The notes under the pieces: model-generated
What the model saw: the letters and a program-made list of their open reading frames with translations, nothing else
Database searches by the model: none
Told to the model about the DNA's origin: nothing
Assembly (NCBI GenBank): GCA_963723415.1
Contig: CAVRQB010000005.1
Span: 117,633-181,632, forward strand
Length of the DNA: 64,000 bases
Direction of reading: 5' to 3'
From: an uncultured beta proteobacterium
Lineage (GTDB): Bacteria; Pseudomonadota; Gammaproteobacteria; Burkholderiales; Gallionellaceae
Part shown: positions 63,088 to 64,000 of the stretch, piece after piece
Position numbering within the stretch: position 1 is the stretch's first letter
Layout of the letters: every line of letters starts with the position of its first letter
Program-made: the position numbers and the translations under genes

Positions 63088-63930
63088 TTAATTGGGACGT
63101 CCCGCCTGTGGTTCGTCATCCTCTTCACCGCGCGCCCAGAACAAACGGTCCGGGATATGCTGTCCCATGCCGGGACGGAAGCCGGCATTCAGGGTTTGCC
63201 AGGTGTATTCCTGCGCCTCCTTCACGGCTTCCGGCACGTCCACGCCCCGCGCCAGCAGCGCAGCGATCGCCGCGGCCAGGGTGCAACCCGACCCGTGATA
63301 GATCCCGGGCAGGCGCGCCCAGCTGTCGCTGCTGATCACGCCGCGCTCGCTATACAGGGTATTGATGACCTTGGGTGTCTGCTCATGCGTGCCGGTGATC
63401 AGCACATACTCGCAACCCATGCTCAATATGCGCTTGGCACATTCTTCCAGTGTGGGGTCATCCTCCTCATCGTCTTCATTCATCGCCAGGCGGCGCGCCT
63501 CCATGCTGTTCGGCGTGAGAATGGTAGTCTGGGGGATCAGCAGCTCGCGCATGGCGTCCAGCATGTCGTCATTGGCCAATTCGTCACCGCGTCCGGAAGC
63601 CAGCACGGGATCCAGCACCAGCGGGATATCGGGATAATCAGCCAGCACCTCGGCGATGGCCGCGATATTTTCCACGCTGCCCAGCAAACCGATCTTGAAT
63701 GCTGCCACCGGCACATCTTCCAGCATCGCGCGCGCCTGGTCTGCGACCCACTCCGGGTCTATCGGCAAAACATCATCCACCCCGCTGGTGTCCTGCACGG
63801 TGACGGCGGTCACTACCGACAGCGGATGGCACCCCATGCTGGCAATGGTCAACAGGTCGGCCTGCAGACCGGCACCGCCGCTGGGATCGGTTGCGGCAAA
63901 GGTCATCACTAAAGGGAGGGATTCGGTCAT
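63088..63930 (-). CDS. thiD: Hydroxymethylpyrimidine/phosphomethylpyrimidine kinase
   Basis: It contains TFAATDPSGGAGLQADL and ..GSGCTLAAAIAA.. Confidence 0.85.
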   Translation of the reverse strand: MTESLPLVMTFAATDPSGGAGLQADLLTIASMGCHPLSVVTAVTVQDTSGVDDVLPIDPEWVADQARAMLEDVPVAAFKIGLLGSVENIAAIAEVLADYPDIPLVLDPVLASGRGDELANDDMLDAMRELLIPQTTILTPNSMEARRLAMNEDDEEDDPTLEECAKRILSMGCEYVLITGTHEQTPKVINTLYSERGVISSDSWARLPGIYHGSGCTLAAAIAALLARGVDVPEAVKEAQEYTWQTLNAGFRPGMGQHIPDRLFWARGEEDDEPQAGRPN

Positions 63931-64000
63931 GGCGTGGGCAATGGTAATATGCGCGGAGAACCGGTATTTTACCCTATGTAGCCCGGCCTATCGACCATAA

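Noticed and set aside
63931-64000. I looked for a TPP riboswitch upstream of thiD.
   Set aside because: Only 70 nt are visible, and they lack the CUGAGA / ACCUGAUCUGGAUAAUGCCAGCG-type core. I cannot call it from this window.

Overview
This is a high-GC proteobacterial chromosomal window. The gene order looks betaproteobacterial, but I cannot verify the taxon from sequence alone.

The right part (38.2-64 kb) is conserved housekeeping: hemE, gltD-gltB, dgt, aroB-aroK, pilQPONM, mrcA, hemB, engB, hemL and thiE-thiD. One Ig-domain lipoprotein gene sits between aroK and pilQ. REP-like hairpin repeats occur in this part, and two of them lie in frame inside gltB and gltD.

The left part (1-15.7 kb) starts with a fluoride riboswitch with terminator. 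It heads one co-directional gene string: crcB (in-frame TGA), a HIT-family gene, a DUF190 gene, then HyfC/E/F/G-like genes. These encode a complex-I/group-4-hydrogenase-related membrane complex whose large subunit lacks the N-terminal NiFe cysteines (Ehr type). After that come an AlkA-like glycosylase gene, mrcB (PBP1B) with an adjacent TPR lipoprotein gene (LpoP-like), a divergent HemF-like gene, a CheY-like gene and a Lys/Ala-rich 11-mer repeat protein gene.

The middle (15.8-37.9 kb) is a mosaic accessory region with these parts:
- two different IS110-family elements, one IS1111-like with a long 3' non-coding arm, and one IS110-like that splits a YdeI/DUF1801 gene and has a 235-nt 5' arm with bridge-RNA-like features;
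- one solo IS left-end remnant;
- cargo cassettes bounded by repeated copies of the 3' end of a DUF1614 gene (3 copies) and of ettA (4 copies);
- VapBC, a zeta-like ATPase gene, a DUF433 gene with a truncated DUF5615 gene, a decayed SIR2-like gene and a GT2 gene;
- a roughly 1,390-codon exported TPR protein ORF interrupted by a single TAG.

Nonsense and frameshift lesions fall only in accessory genes. I saw no rRNA, tRNA or CRISPR.
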